Positions 47,263 through 58,909 of a stretch of DNA of 64,000 bases are shown in pieces. The stretch's first letter is position 1. Every line of letters starts with the position of its first letter. The position numbers and the translations under genes were made by a program. The DNA is taken from the NCBI RefSeq assembly GCF_000143415.4, contig NW_003314281.1, positions 918,833 through 982,832 on the forward strand, read 5' to 3'. Source of the stretch: Selaginella moellendorffii (taxonomy: Eukaryota; Plantae; Lycopodiophyta). The notes beneath the pieces were generated by a model. It was not told the origin of the DNA, made no database searches, and saw only the letters and a program-made list of their open reading frames with translations.

Positions 47263-47498
47263 GGTGTGATGTTCGAATCATAGACATTGACATGCTACTA
47301 GCAGATGGATGGAATAGGGTTTTAGTTTAGCACTAGCGCACGCCTGGCGGCTCCGCCGATCCACTGTTCCTCGATCGCAGCCGCGCGCTGGATCTGATCG
47401 ATCCCCTCGGAGGTAAGCGGCAGGGAGTTTTGGGAATGCGCGTTGCTCGATCGACGATATCCGGCGGCTAGATCGCGCTGTGGCTCGATATTTCCACG

Positions 47499-50062
47499 AT
47501 GTGGCGCCTCAAGCAGCTGATGCCCAAGGATCAGGCCGGGCTGGAGGGCAAGAGCGTGGAGGTTGGCACATTGAAGCTCCAGGTGAGGAGCGTGGTCGCG
47601 GAAGGGGGATTCTCGTCAGTGTATCTCGCCAGGGACGCGCAATCCGGGAAGAACTACGCCCTCAAGCATTTGATTTGCAACGATGACGAGTCCCTTCACT
47701 TGGTTCGCAAGGAGGTCGCGGTGATGAAGGCTTTGCGTGGGCATCCCAACATTGTCACGCTCCATGCCCATGCAGTGCTTGCCAATGGACGCACCAAGGA
47801 GTGCTTTCTCGTGATGGATTACTGCGAGAAAACGCTGGTGGCTGTTTTGGACGCTAGAGGTGCCGGATTTTTCGAGGAGAGGCAGCTCCTCTCGATTTTT
47901 CGCGACATTTGCAATGCGGTTTATGCCATGCATTGCCAGTCTCCTCCCATCGCTCACAGGTTTGGACGCAAAGTTTAGACCGCAAGTTCTTACTGATCTT
48001 TTCTATTTTACGTTTTTTTTTTTTTTTTTCTTGCAGAGACTTAAAGGCAGAGAACATATTGCTGGGTGCAAATGGCTTGTGGAAGCTTTGTGATTTTGGG
48101 AGCATTTCTACGAATCACAGGAGGTTCGAGAGAGCTGAAGAGATGGGAGTGGAGGAAGACGTTATCAGAAAACACACAACCCCCGCGTACCGTGCTCCCG
48201 AGGTAACGTAACGAACTGGTCCTTGTAATTTGCGTGTCTTTGACGATTTCTCTTGTTTCTTACAGATGTGGGACCTTTATCAGAGGGAATTAATCTCCGA
48301 GAAAGTTGACATCTGGGTTGGTCACTTACTTTTCCTTTTGTTAAATGGTTTTTATTCACTTGGTGCGGTGGTCTTTGCAGGCTCTTGGATGCCTTTTGTA
48401 TAGACTATGTTTCTTTAAGTCTGCATTTGACGGGGAATCGAAGCTACAAATCCTGAATGGAAACTATCGAATTCCAGAAGCCCCCAGATACAGTGAAAAC
48501 GTTACGCAGCTCATCAAGGACATGCTGATGCCAAGTCCAGGCTCACGACCAGACATATTGCAGGCAAGGGTGGCTCCCACATCTGCATTGTTTCATAGGT
48601 TAGTTCGAGAGTCAGCAAACTGCCTGTCGTGCACTTACGTAGCCTGTTTTGTTTTCCGGTAGTATTAAGTGTGATTTGTGTGGCAGGTCTGGAATCGCGT
48701 GAACGAGGCTCTTCCGATAGAGAGCCGGAAAACTTTCCCAGACAAAGCTTCGTCAACTGTAAATAGTTCAATCATTCAGGATTCTCTTGAAACAAGTAAG
48801 TCGGCCTTCGTCAGATGTGATTCTATGCCTGCATGACTGACTCTTTGTATCGGCAGAACCGCCTGTAAAGACTCCGTCACCACCTCCGGCTGCAAAGACG
48901 GCCGGCAGCTTCTGGTCGTCACAGTTAGCAGCAGATGCAAAGCATGACAGTGATTCAGTATCGAGTAATAATCTCGAAAACAGCGTAACTCCGCCTGTGA
49001 CGAGCGGAGGTCCGCCTCCTGGATGGTCTGCCGGTTTTAACGGGTCCAACTCAACACAGAAAAATAGCGTCAACTCTGTACAGACGGAAAACGCTAATGT
49101 AGAAACCAGGCCGGGAAACCTTTTCAAGAAGGGTGGCGTGGCACATTTTGTGAAGAAGGTCGGGTCCTGGAATAAAGACGATGGTGATGGGGACGGCTAC
49201 GCCATGATGTCTGAAGTGGATATGGAACAGCAACTGAGTGCTCCTTCAACGAAGGTGTCCGAAGTTTCAAATGACGGGGCTTTCAATGCTTTCGTGGCGG
49301 AATTCGACAGCGCAGCGAGTGCCAAGAATGTAGAAACGGAGAAGCTGAAGCTGCAACTGAAGCAGGCACTGGCTGAGAAGACAGAGTTCGCCGGGAAGTA
49401 TGAGAAGCTAACAGCAATTTGCCGGTCACAGAGACAAGAGATACATGAGCTTAAGTCCGCTTTAGCTGCAGCGACGGTCAGCAAGGAACCGATGCCAAAG
49501 CCGCCTCTCCAGTCTGCTAGTGCTCAATCGAGACGCACTTCTCGTCCAGTAAACTGGAATTCTTCGACCGAACAGGTAAACCAGAGAACATCGATCAATC
49601 CTTCGAACGCATGGGCTTAACATGGGCGAAATGTATTTGCAGGACACTGAGAAAGACAAGGACAAACAGAACGGTTCTATCTGGGATTTGCAAAGCGGTT
49701 TGACAGCGCAAGCTCCTTCGAAGGGACTCTCACAACAAGCGCCCCTCGTCGACTCTTCGCCGTGGTCAGCCTTTGGTGATGCCTTCAAAGGAAGCTCCAC
49801 GAAGTCGTCATCTCCTACGCCACCGTCCAGTGATCCTCCGCTTAATACAGGCTCTGGACCACCGAGAAGGCAACACGCTAGAGCTGCGAGCTTGAGCGGA
49901 GGAGACACGTGGGGATTCAACAGTAGCGGCTCCAGCTCGATGAGTTTAAATCAGCAGCAGCAGCAGCAGCAACAGGATTCAAAGGGTGGTTTTCGATCAT
50001 CAACAATTGATTCTTCGCAGAGCTCTAGATCTCAGGCTCCGGCGGGCTGGGCTGGATTTTAA
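47499..50062 (+). CDS. AAK1: NAK-family Ser/Thr kinase (AP2-associated kinase 1-like)
   Basis: AEGGFSSVYLA, YALKH, SPPIAHR|DLKAEN, KLCDFGS, HTTPAYRAPE; DGAFNAFVAEF, KYEKLTAICRSQRQEI coil, ends PAGWAGF. Confidence 0.9.
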
Positions 50063-50191
50063 AAGCAGCGGATTATATCGGCCCCCACAGGTACTTTGTA
50101 CTACTACTTTATGCTTTCAATAAATTCAGCAGTATCTACATATCTCCTCTCTGTCCTGGGTTTTTAGAGGGCTTATCCGCGAAACACGGGC

Positions 50192-52300
50192 ATGTAAGTG
50201 TCTTTGAAAGTGGTGGGTTTTCGCCAATGGTGTTCTTCCAGGTCGGAGATAGAGTTCCAAGAAGAAGATCATAGCATTCGACTCAAGCGCGAGGTCGTGA
50301 TCGAAACGCCCAAGAAGGAGCTCATTGCTAAGTTGAGCTCCTGCATTGCTGATCCAGGTAAATGCTGGTTCCAAGCTGAGGCTAACTTCTTTTTTTCTCG
50401 CAGATGAACGGCATGAGTTCCAGCTCTTTTGTCAGAGGATGGAGCAAATGTTCGGCTTGCAATTTCGTACCAGGAAGGAACAGTTAACTGTATGTTTCGT
50501 TCTCTTGTGTCTGCAAGCTAACAAGCTGATATTTCTCAGGAGCTGTATGATCTGTTCAACCCACTTGGGAACAGCTCGAGCAAGATTGAAGAAATTTCGG
50601 ATCTTCAAGTGAAAGAACACGAGGCACGATTTTTGGAGCACTTTGCGAGTGTGAGTGGTTTCTCTTTATCCTCGCGTATCGTTTGACTCGATGCATAGAT
50701 CATGAGCAAGAGCAACTTCAAGGCTTTGAGCGACTACGAATGGAATGTGGCTACCTCCAGTCAGTATCTCTTTCATCTTCCTACAAGGATCGATAAAACA
50801 CAGGTTTTTTTCTTTGATCTTCTCTTTTTCCCTTTAGATTCGTGTTCATCTTCTCCTAATGCAGCTTGATGACGAGCTCTTCGTAGATACTCCATACTCA
50901 AACCCTTCAAACACGGATCTGGGTCGATTTTACGTTGTGTTTCGCCGAGGTATTGGAACGGATCAAAAGAGAGCTTACTTCTTCAAAGCGAAGCTGGATT
51001 ATATTGTTCAGTTTTGTTGGGATGCGACATTCAAGAAACTGTGGAACCGCCTCAGGTATGGTGCTTCCATCAGTTCCTACTTACAAAAATGCCTCTTTTT
51101 TTCTGAAAAGATCATGCGTCGGGAAATCCAAAGCGCACGGACAAGCAATGTTAAGGTTCTGTTTATCTTTCTTATAGTTATCTGGTTGACCTTTACTTGT
51201 TCACTTGCTGGCACTAGAACCGCGCACACTTCTTCAGACAAATACGTCTCCGTAAAGCGGATCCACATCTCAAACTCGTTCGAGCTGAAAGACTTTTTCA
51301 AAAGGTTTACCCTGCAAGATCCGACTTTTGATCACACGATCATAGTTTACAGGCAAGTTCTCTCATTAACGTAAACTATCATATCGCTTTGGGCTGCAGG
51401 AAAGTCACGGAGTTGTGTGATGCTAAGAGAAAGAAAGACTTTGGAATCTACATAAAACACTACAAGGAAATTCCTATGGCGGACATGGAACTAGTCCTCG
51501 TAAGCTCGATTCTTTTCAAGCCTGTTATGAAATCTTTCTTGCAGCCCGCTAAGAAGCATCCAAGGCTCCCTTTGCAGGACTGGATAAAACTTATTGTTTT
51601 CGCTTTGATCTGTGTGGTAAGAGAAGCAATGAAATCCTATATCTCAAATCTATGAATTTCAGGCAGCAATTGTTTCGGCATTGAGACGACGTTCTCAAGC
51701 GGCCATCGTGATTGGTATTGTTGTTGCGTTTGTCAGCTACGCCATGAAGATCTACGTAACGTAAGTAGATCTGTTAGCTGGTTTCACTTGCGTGCTTATG
51801 GCTCGCCTCACGCAGGTTTAATATGAATGTTCTCGAGTACGAACGAGACATCAACAATCTCATGGCTGGGAAACTACTCGACTGTGGACATGGAACACTT
51901 CTCCATGTCCTCGACGAAGCTATCCAGCAGGAGGTACTACGACTTTTCGCCTCAAAAACTCTTTCTTTGATCGCGTGTTTACTTGCAGGTGAAAGAGGCG
52001 ATCATAGCGTACTTTGTGCTGATGAGAAACCCTGGCGGAGCCATCAGTGAAGAGGTTTCCTTTGGTCCATTCAACCAAGTATTCAATCGATTCATTTTCC
52101 AGGAACTGCGGCGCCGATGCAATGAAGTGATTGATAGCTACTTCGAGAATGGGACAAGTGAATTTGAGGTCAAGGACGCTGTGGATAAACTCCGAAGGCT
52201 TGGAATTATAATGGAGAGGGATGGGCGGATCAAGCACGTATTGGTGAGAGAGGCAAACGAGAAACTCCTCGCTAGAATGATGGAGTCATTGTGTGAATGA
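50192..52300 (+). CDS. DUF3754 (TMEM143-like) family protein, multi-exon
   Basis: IRLKREVVI, LYDLFNP, MSKSNFK, YVVFRRGIG, TLQDPTFDHTIIVYR, IYIKHYKEIPMADMELV, GTLLHVLDEAIQQEVKEAIIAY, FEVKDAVDKLRRLGI. Confidence 0.85.
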
Positions 52301-52526
52301 AGGCAACAATTAAAGCTTTGGCATCGTCCTCTTCTAGATTACCAAGGCGAGCATCACATAGAGAAACTCAAGCGATGCGAGCACAAAGTGGAGCTCCATC
52401 GATGGAAACTTGTAGCTGGGATCCAGCGCAATGTTGTAGCACAGCTCCAAGTTATACAGCGAGACATAGGATTTAATGACGTTTGATTATGGTATCACGT
52501 TAACGAAGATGGGATGTTGTGTCGGT

Positions 52527-53083
52527 CCTCTTTCCTGAAAAGTCATGCGTCGGGAAAATCCAAGTTCCTTGTCCGCCCATGGGAATTACCTTGTAGTGCT
52601 TTATGGTCTTTCGTCAAACAACTCCAAAGCGACATGATAATTTATGGATGAGAGGACTTGCCTGTAGACCTTTTGAAAAAAGTGTTTCAGCTAGAACGAG
52701 TTTGAAAAGGGATCCGCTTCACAGACAGAGACGTATTTGTCTGAAGAACTAGAGCTAGCAAGTGGAACAACTAAAGGTCAACCAGATATACATAACAAAG
52801 ATGAACAGAGCCTTAAAATTGGTCGTCCCTGCTCAATTCTTTTCAAGCGTGTTATGACATCTTTCTTGTAGAAGCAGCAAGGCTACCTTTGCTAAAACTT
52901 ACCATTTTCGCTTTGATGTGTGTGGTAAGACAATCCTATATCTAGTAAACGTAAGTAGTTTTCTTAGCTGCGTCCTCTCACGCAGGTTTATTCTCGGGTA
53001 CGAACGAGACATCAACAATCTCATGACTGTGGACATGGAACACTTCTTCATGTCCTCGACGAAACTTTGTGCTGATGAGAAAC
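52527..53083. pseudogene. Deleted, internally inverted partial copy of the adjacent DUF3754 gene
   Basis: 52527-52563 matches 51092-51130 (forward); 52564-52828 matches 51139-51491 (reverse complement); 52832-53083 matches 51504-52030 (forward), with many deletions and intron sequence retained. Confidence 0.85.
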
Positions 53084-53157
53084 GTCATCTTCCTTAGTTA
53101 GGGTAAGGGTGTGGCTATGGCGACTACTCGATGGGTGTTCCATCCAGCTTTTAAACG

Positions 53158-54300
53158 TTGTATGGACATCCTTGGATTGGAATGTTCGCATATATAGGGC
53201 CAATGGACTCGGGCAAAACGGCGCTTCTTCGCGAGTTCTCATCTAGGCAGCGTGCTGGTGACTACCAAGGTGTTCCAAATCCTTCAGATTTTCCCATCAG
53301 CTTAGCTGGTAGCTTTGCAAAGTCTCCTAAGCTTAATGGAGCAGATGCCCGGTTATTTGATAAAGTCTCCTCGCATCTGCTTCTTAAGATCGTGCTGAAG
53401 ACGCCCGGGTGTTTGCATGAGTTTTTCTTGAAGCAGAAGGATCCCATGGACAGAATGCAGGTTGCTTTCACGCGCTACATTTCCAAGTACAAACACTCTA
53501 AAGGATTTCCCACAATCATCACCGATCAAGCAGATTTCCTGACTCACTGGACCACAACCGCAGAGGGTGCGAAGGAGCTAGATGCCGTACTGAAGTTCCT
53601 GGTGCGGATCTCTCAGCAAGAGTGGGCTAACGTAGTTTTCGCTTCATTGGAGAACCTCTTTTAAGGAATGGTTGTGTGACAGGGGACCTTTGAGGGGTCA
53701 TGACGTCGTCCACGCAACTATTGGGCACTTGAACGAAGAGGAGGCCAAGGAGTTCGTGAGGCAGTGTCTCAATAAATCGGAGTTGAAGCGGGAGGGGCTT
53801 GAAGCGGAGGTGTTTGCAATTTGGGATGATGTCTATGCACACTATGGGGGAGCCATTATTCAGCTGTGCGTGCTTATCGAAAAGACTTTACCACGCTCAC
53901 AGCCTGGTAAAGTCTGCGCGAAGTATGGGAGGAGGAGAAACTGATACACATGAGGATTGCCAACGACGTTGTTGAATCAGGTTTCGTACGGCGCATGCAG
54001 ACCCGCAACAAACTTGTCCTGAAAGCACCCGAATGGATGCGCGGGGACTGGAAGAAGGTGGTGGAAGCCATGGCAGCTGCTGAGGATGGAGACGTCCCCG
54101 TGGAGAAACTGTGTGAGACTGTGTCTGGAGCTGCACTTGCATCAATGGTTCGTTGCTATCTCCTCCAATACAGGGAGCCAACTGGTTGGGACAGGGACAT
54201 CAAAGTTGTATCAACTCCGATTGTCATGCCAGTCACGAGAGCTGAGCATCTGGCAATGAGAGAAGTTGTAGCACAACCAAATCATCTCCAGAATATTCCT
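53158..54300 (+). pseudogene. Frameshifted P-loop NTPase (archaeal-ATPase/AAA_16-like), intronless
   Basis: Walker A GPMDSGKT, Walker B TIITDQAD, NVVFAS, IGHLNEEEAKEF, YAHYGGAI; frameshifts near 53660 and 53925; no clear start. Confidence 0.7.
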
Positions 54301-54615
54301 TCTCCGATTACCAGCGGAGGAGCAGAGCACAGCAGAGGTTCACATAAATTCAATTCTTTTCAACCGTATTATGCAACTATCTGGGTCAATATCTTAATTT
54401 TGAATGGGCCAAAACTTTAAAATCTGAATTCTCCATTCATCCATAAAGTGAATCCTTAGTTTATGCGAATGGTTCACCTCAGTGCCAGATCTGTTTTCTG
54501 GGAGGTTCTTTAATCGAACATCAGAGCTGAGTGCTCTAAGGGATCTCCTTACTCCCGTGAGGCCACTTGAAAGGCCAAAGAGTTCGTAGGTCATCAGCGA
54601 GTCGCCCTTGAACCT

Positions 54616-55090
54616 GGAGGGGCTTTGAAGCGGAGGTGTTTGCCATTCGGGATGACATTTATGCACACTGCGGGGGAGCCATTCTGCTGCTGCGACAGCT
54701 TCTGCGAGTGGCGCTACGCTCACAACCTGGTCAAATCTGCAAAAACTGGGAGGTGGTGAAGCGGGACTACATGGCGAATGCCCAAAGCTTTGTTGTTGAA
54801 GGTTTCCTTCCGAACTTTCTGACCAAGATCGATGAGGCACCCACTGAGGAGTGAGGACTGGAAAAATGTGGTGGAAGCCATGGCAGCTGCCAAGGATGGA
54901 GTCGTTCCCTTGCATGAACTGTCTGTATCTGGAACTGCGCTTAAATCAATGATCACTCTCTTAATCACAATCGAACTGGAAGAATATTTTCTATTCATGG
55001 TCATGTACAAGTAATCGGCTCCGAGTCACAAGAGCTCAACATTTGGCAATGAGATCACCCAAATGATAGTTTCTGGCTAATAGAATATTC
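54616..55090 (+). pseudogene. Partial tandem duplicate of the ATPase 3' half
   Basis: ggaggggctttgaagcggaggtgtttgc... aligns to 53791-54300; RDDIYAHCGGAI, WKNVVEAMAAAKDG; disrupted. Confidence 0.8.
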
Positions 55091-55766
55091 TATATGATTT
55101 TTTAGATTATACTAAGCATTTTGCATCAGCCATGGAAAGTGAACTTCCTGAAAAAATTACTGGCCACACTAAGGAGGATGTGTTACATAGCTTCTCATGC
55201 TTCTTCTTGTCCTGTGAAACTAAACCACAGAAAAACTGCTGGACGGAATCGCTTGCGACCTTCGGCGTCCCCTAGAAACATTCTCAAACTCACGGTAAAT
55301 CGCTTTTGTCTCATTAATCACGTAAAAAAGCGGTGAGCAGCCCAACCATATAAAAATCCTTGTCGCAGAGAGCCACCTTGACGTGCTCGCGGACATAAAA
55401 CAAGGGCCGAGTATCCAAACTGGGACGGAAGATCCAAGGCTGTGGAGGAGCTAGCGGACAACACTCTGGGTTTACTTGGAAGCTGCCCGCTGCTTGGACC
55501 GTGTCTATGAGCCTTTCGACTACTACGCGGCTGCTAAGTTATAGCCGCATGGCTGGTTTCAGGGGATCCACTTAATCTTAATACGGGCTAGTGGACAGTG
55601 CCTCTAAACAGTTGCATTTATGTTTTTCCAGGTCGGGTCGATCGAAATCGCTCGCTGCTGGGCGACAAGGTTGTGGGAAATGCTCAGTTCCAAACAGCCT
55701 GGGTGTCAGCCTTTGGGATCAACGCGTGTTCCTGATAATGGAGCAGAGCACTCAACACACACAGTG

Positions 55767-55866
55767 TCTCTCTCTCGCCCTCTCTCTCATCTCTCTCTCT
55801 CACACACACACGAGATTGATTTGCTTGTTTAAGGCTTTTCTCACAGCTTATTCCGAGGATGTTTAC

Positions 55867-55926
<60 letters not shown>

Positions 55927-55970
55927 GCTTGTTTGCGGCTTTTCTCACAGCTTATTCCGAGGTTGTTTAC
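55767..55970. repeat. (CT)n/(CA)n tract, (GA)27 microsatellite and flanking ~50-bp direct repeats
   Basis: (GA)n 55869-55922; gcttgttt..ggcttttctcacagcttattccgagg.tgtttaca on both sides. Confidence 0.9.
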
Positions 55971-56220
55971 AAGTTTTGATGACAGCTCGCAAGTGAGCTG
56001 GTGAGCTGTGGTTTTCGAGTTTGATGCGCTTCAAAGATTGTGAAGCCTCAACTCAAAAGATTTCCACGTTTTGCCAATGTTTTAATGTTCCCGATGGAAC
56101 CACTGAGCCTGGGCTTTGCTTTTCTTCTCTTTGGTGCGTGGGTGCCATGCTTTGGCTTGCGCAGGGGACCCAGTCAAGCATATACCTATATTATAATAGT
56201 GTTGGATTGGAGAGCTTCAA

Positions 56221-56244
56221 AGCAACACCTTGCAAGGTGTTGCT
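56221..56244. repeat. Perfect 24-bp palindrome
   Basis: AGCAACACCTTGCAAGGTGTTGCT equals its own reverse complement. Confidence 0.9.
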
Positions 56245-57447
56245 CTCTGAGAGGCTCTCTGACAAGCTGGCCTACAAAGAAGAACAAAGCTTTGATCGAG
56301 AGAGCGTCCAATCTCTTTCACTGACATGCCATAGTTTTGGTTCCAGGAATAAGGTCCGATTCGAGATAGAATAGCACGCTCTCGGACATTCAACCAAGCT
56401 TTTTATGGAACAAATCGCTTTCTGGGGAAGTCCAAAAAGAAGGACGCGAGGTGTCGTTTGGGACAATTCTATGCGAGGAGGAAACCACCAAACGATCGCA
56501 GCAGAAGGACTAGTACCATACTTTCTTCGCGTTTAAGTTGCCTGAAAACTCCAGGATCTCTTTGATCCTCTGAGGTGTCTTCGCTTGTCCAAGAATCTCC
56601 AGGACTTGAATAAAAAAACCTCTGGGCCATGGTAGCAGTGCGGTAAATACATTGAGATCGATCACGATTTTCTTGCTGCTGGCCAAGGGAGGAGCAATCA
56701 ATCATTTCCTGGCCGAAAACATAAAATTCTATCTGATGATTCCATGCAAGACGACGAAGCAAGCGCGAGACCGAGCGTTTCAATCGGATAATTCACGGGA
56801 ACATGATGTGGGTGTGGCCAGGGATTGTGGCCATATGGCCCAGACACGGCATATAGCTGGCCGGGAAGGGAATGGAACCGACAACCTCTGGAGCATCGAG
56901 ATTGCCGTACGACCACCCCGACCACGTGTCAGCCCAGGACCCACCAAATCTTGCTCGTATCCTAGAAAATCAGGTCGCCATCTTGGGGGGAAATGCGCTC
57001 CTGCATTCGAGCCCAGAGGCCATGCCCGCCACCTTTTCTTCTTTTTACCTTTGTTTCTTTACCACTCTGTTTTTAGGGTTCTTCGAAAAGGGCCCCCCTC
57101 TCTCTCTCACACACACACTCCCGCACATTCAAGCAAAATGTGTATTGAAGTGGAGCGTCTCTTTCAGTTTGATTCTGTAAGATACCACACATTACACGCC
57201 GCGTGGAGTTTGGTGGGCATACAACAATCCTCACCTAATAACATACCCAATTTCGCTGCCACCACCTTTGGCGAACAATTGCGTACATTCTCCTCATGGG
57301 CGGGTCAACACCTCATATGTCTAGTGTGCCACAACCTAACTATGCCATGCCCTAAGAATCAGGAGCCCTAAATCCAGATCCTGGGAAACGTAACGGCCAA
57401 TCCGGCCGTTATGCACTTCCGTACACTGGCGCCACCGGGAATTGGGC

Positions 57448-58130
57448 GACACGTACACAAGGCGGCTGGCCGGCGAGTTAAATTTTGGGCAGGCAACGTG
57501 TCGGGAGGTCCCCATGTCACCGGACAAATATCTGATACCGCCTCCACCGCCCGACACGTGTCTTGGCACTTTTGTTGGCAACCGCCACGTACGTCTGACG
57601 GGCATTTCTTTGGGCGCGAACAAGTCTTGTCTTAAACCTAATTTTTCTGCGAGCCCTGACGAAGCGGATGGATGGGGCGATTTTGATTTCTAGTCCCGGA
57701 AAAGTTTCTCTTTGCTACAAGTTCTCCTATAAAGCTTTGTTTCGCCCCTCGTTTCTTTCAATCTTTTACCTTTGAGAGCTTTCAATCGAATCAATCCATG
57801 GCGCACCGCGCAACGCAAATGATGGCGCACAATCCTAGCTTTCTAGCTCACGACTCTCAACCGGAGCATCCCGGGTGGAATATGCCGCCCCCACATTGTC
57901 GGCGTCAAGCTCCACGTCATGTGGACCCTGTGGATAACGCCCGAATAAATATCCTGAGAAAACTATGGGGAAAGAAATTATTTTTTTTCTCTTTGCGGGT
58001 CACACACCGTACGACAAAAGCAGCCTTATCAAGTTTGGGTCACTACTTTAAGTTAGGTGGTTGTGGTTCACGTTGGAAAAGAGAATGGGCCATGGTCCAA
58101 TCACCACGGACCCCACAGCCGTACGCGTGG
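57448..58130. promoter_or_regulatory. ACGT-core (ABRE/G-box-like) cluster upstream of the TZF gene
   Basis: GACACGTA, AACGTGTC, GACACGTGTC, GCCACGTACGT, CCACGTCA, ACGCGTGG. Confidence 0.45.
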
Positions 58131-58909
58131 AACGGCTCGCGGAAAGAAGAAAGAAAGAATATACCTTTTCTTTTACGACATTATAGTGCGAATCTTGCTT
58201 GATCGCGTTCTTTCCTTTGTCGAGATAAGTCGTGTCGCTATGTCAAGGGACAGCCCGTGTAAAAATTTCCAAGGGCGACCGAAAGAAGTAAAAAGAAATG
58301 GAGGCGCCATGGAAAGAAAAGAGGGGCCACGATCGTGCACGAACGGGAGTGGATTAAACCTGGGGAAAGATGGAATAAACCTTAAAGTATCCATACGCGT
58401 TCGTGGCATCGATTAGATCTTTATACTTGTCACATAGCTAGTCGGCCGCTGCTCGGCGATATTTTCGAGGTAGGGAAGGGATTCGAACCCGGGACCTATG
58501 GGCTTTGTCTTAAAGGTAAAGTTAGTTTTAAGCGGGTGGTCCGTTAAAATGGCCTCTCTTCGCATTCTTCTTGGGACATTTGGGAAATTTCGTTTGACCT
58601 AATTTTTGGGACTTCTTTTCATTTCCTATTTTTCATTCACCCTTCTAACTTGAGGAGATTCTTCTTATCTTTGCTTCTTCTTTGGTTCTTGCCTAGGGGA
58701 AGAAAAAAAATTTGTAGTGTAGGAGCTTGGCTAGCGATTGATTTGACGGAGAGCGCGAGAGCTCATTCTTCTTCTTCTTTGCGCCTTCCTCTCTCTTTGA
58801 TCGATCGAATCTGGATCGCCCAACAAGAAAGAAGAGGCAGACGATGGCGCCGCTCATCCAATTCTTGCAGTGAAGGAAGACCCAAGCGATTTTTTTCTTC
58901 GATTTCAAG

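Noticed and set aside
38197-50062. Functional cytoskeleton/endocytosis cluster (myosin VIII, katanin p80, AAK1)
   Set aside because: Adjacency alone is not evidence in a gene-dense genome; no shared regulatory signal identified
56198-56220. miR159/319-like sequence (TTGGATTGGAGAGCTTC)
   Set aside because: Several mismatches and a gap relative to the conserved mature sequences, and no matching star arm seen
56652-57371. 239-aa + strand ORF upstream of TZF
   Set aside because: Non-ATG start, passes through microsatellite and promoter-like sequence, no domain features
58475-58510. tRNA gene on the minus strand (GGTCCCGGGTTCGAATCCC, T-arm/B-box)
   Set aside because: No acceptor stem, D-arm/A-box or anticodon arm can be built; at most a tRNA/SINE-derived fragment
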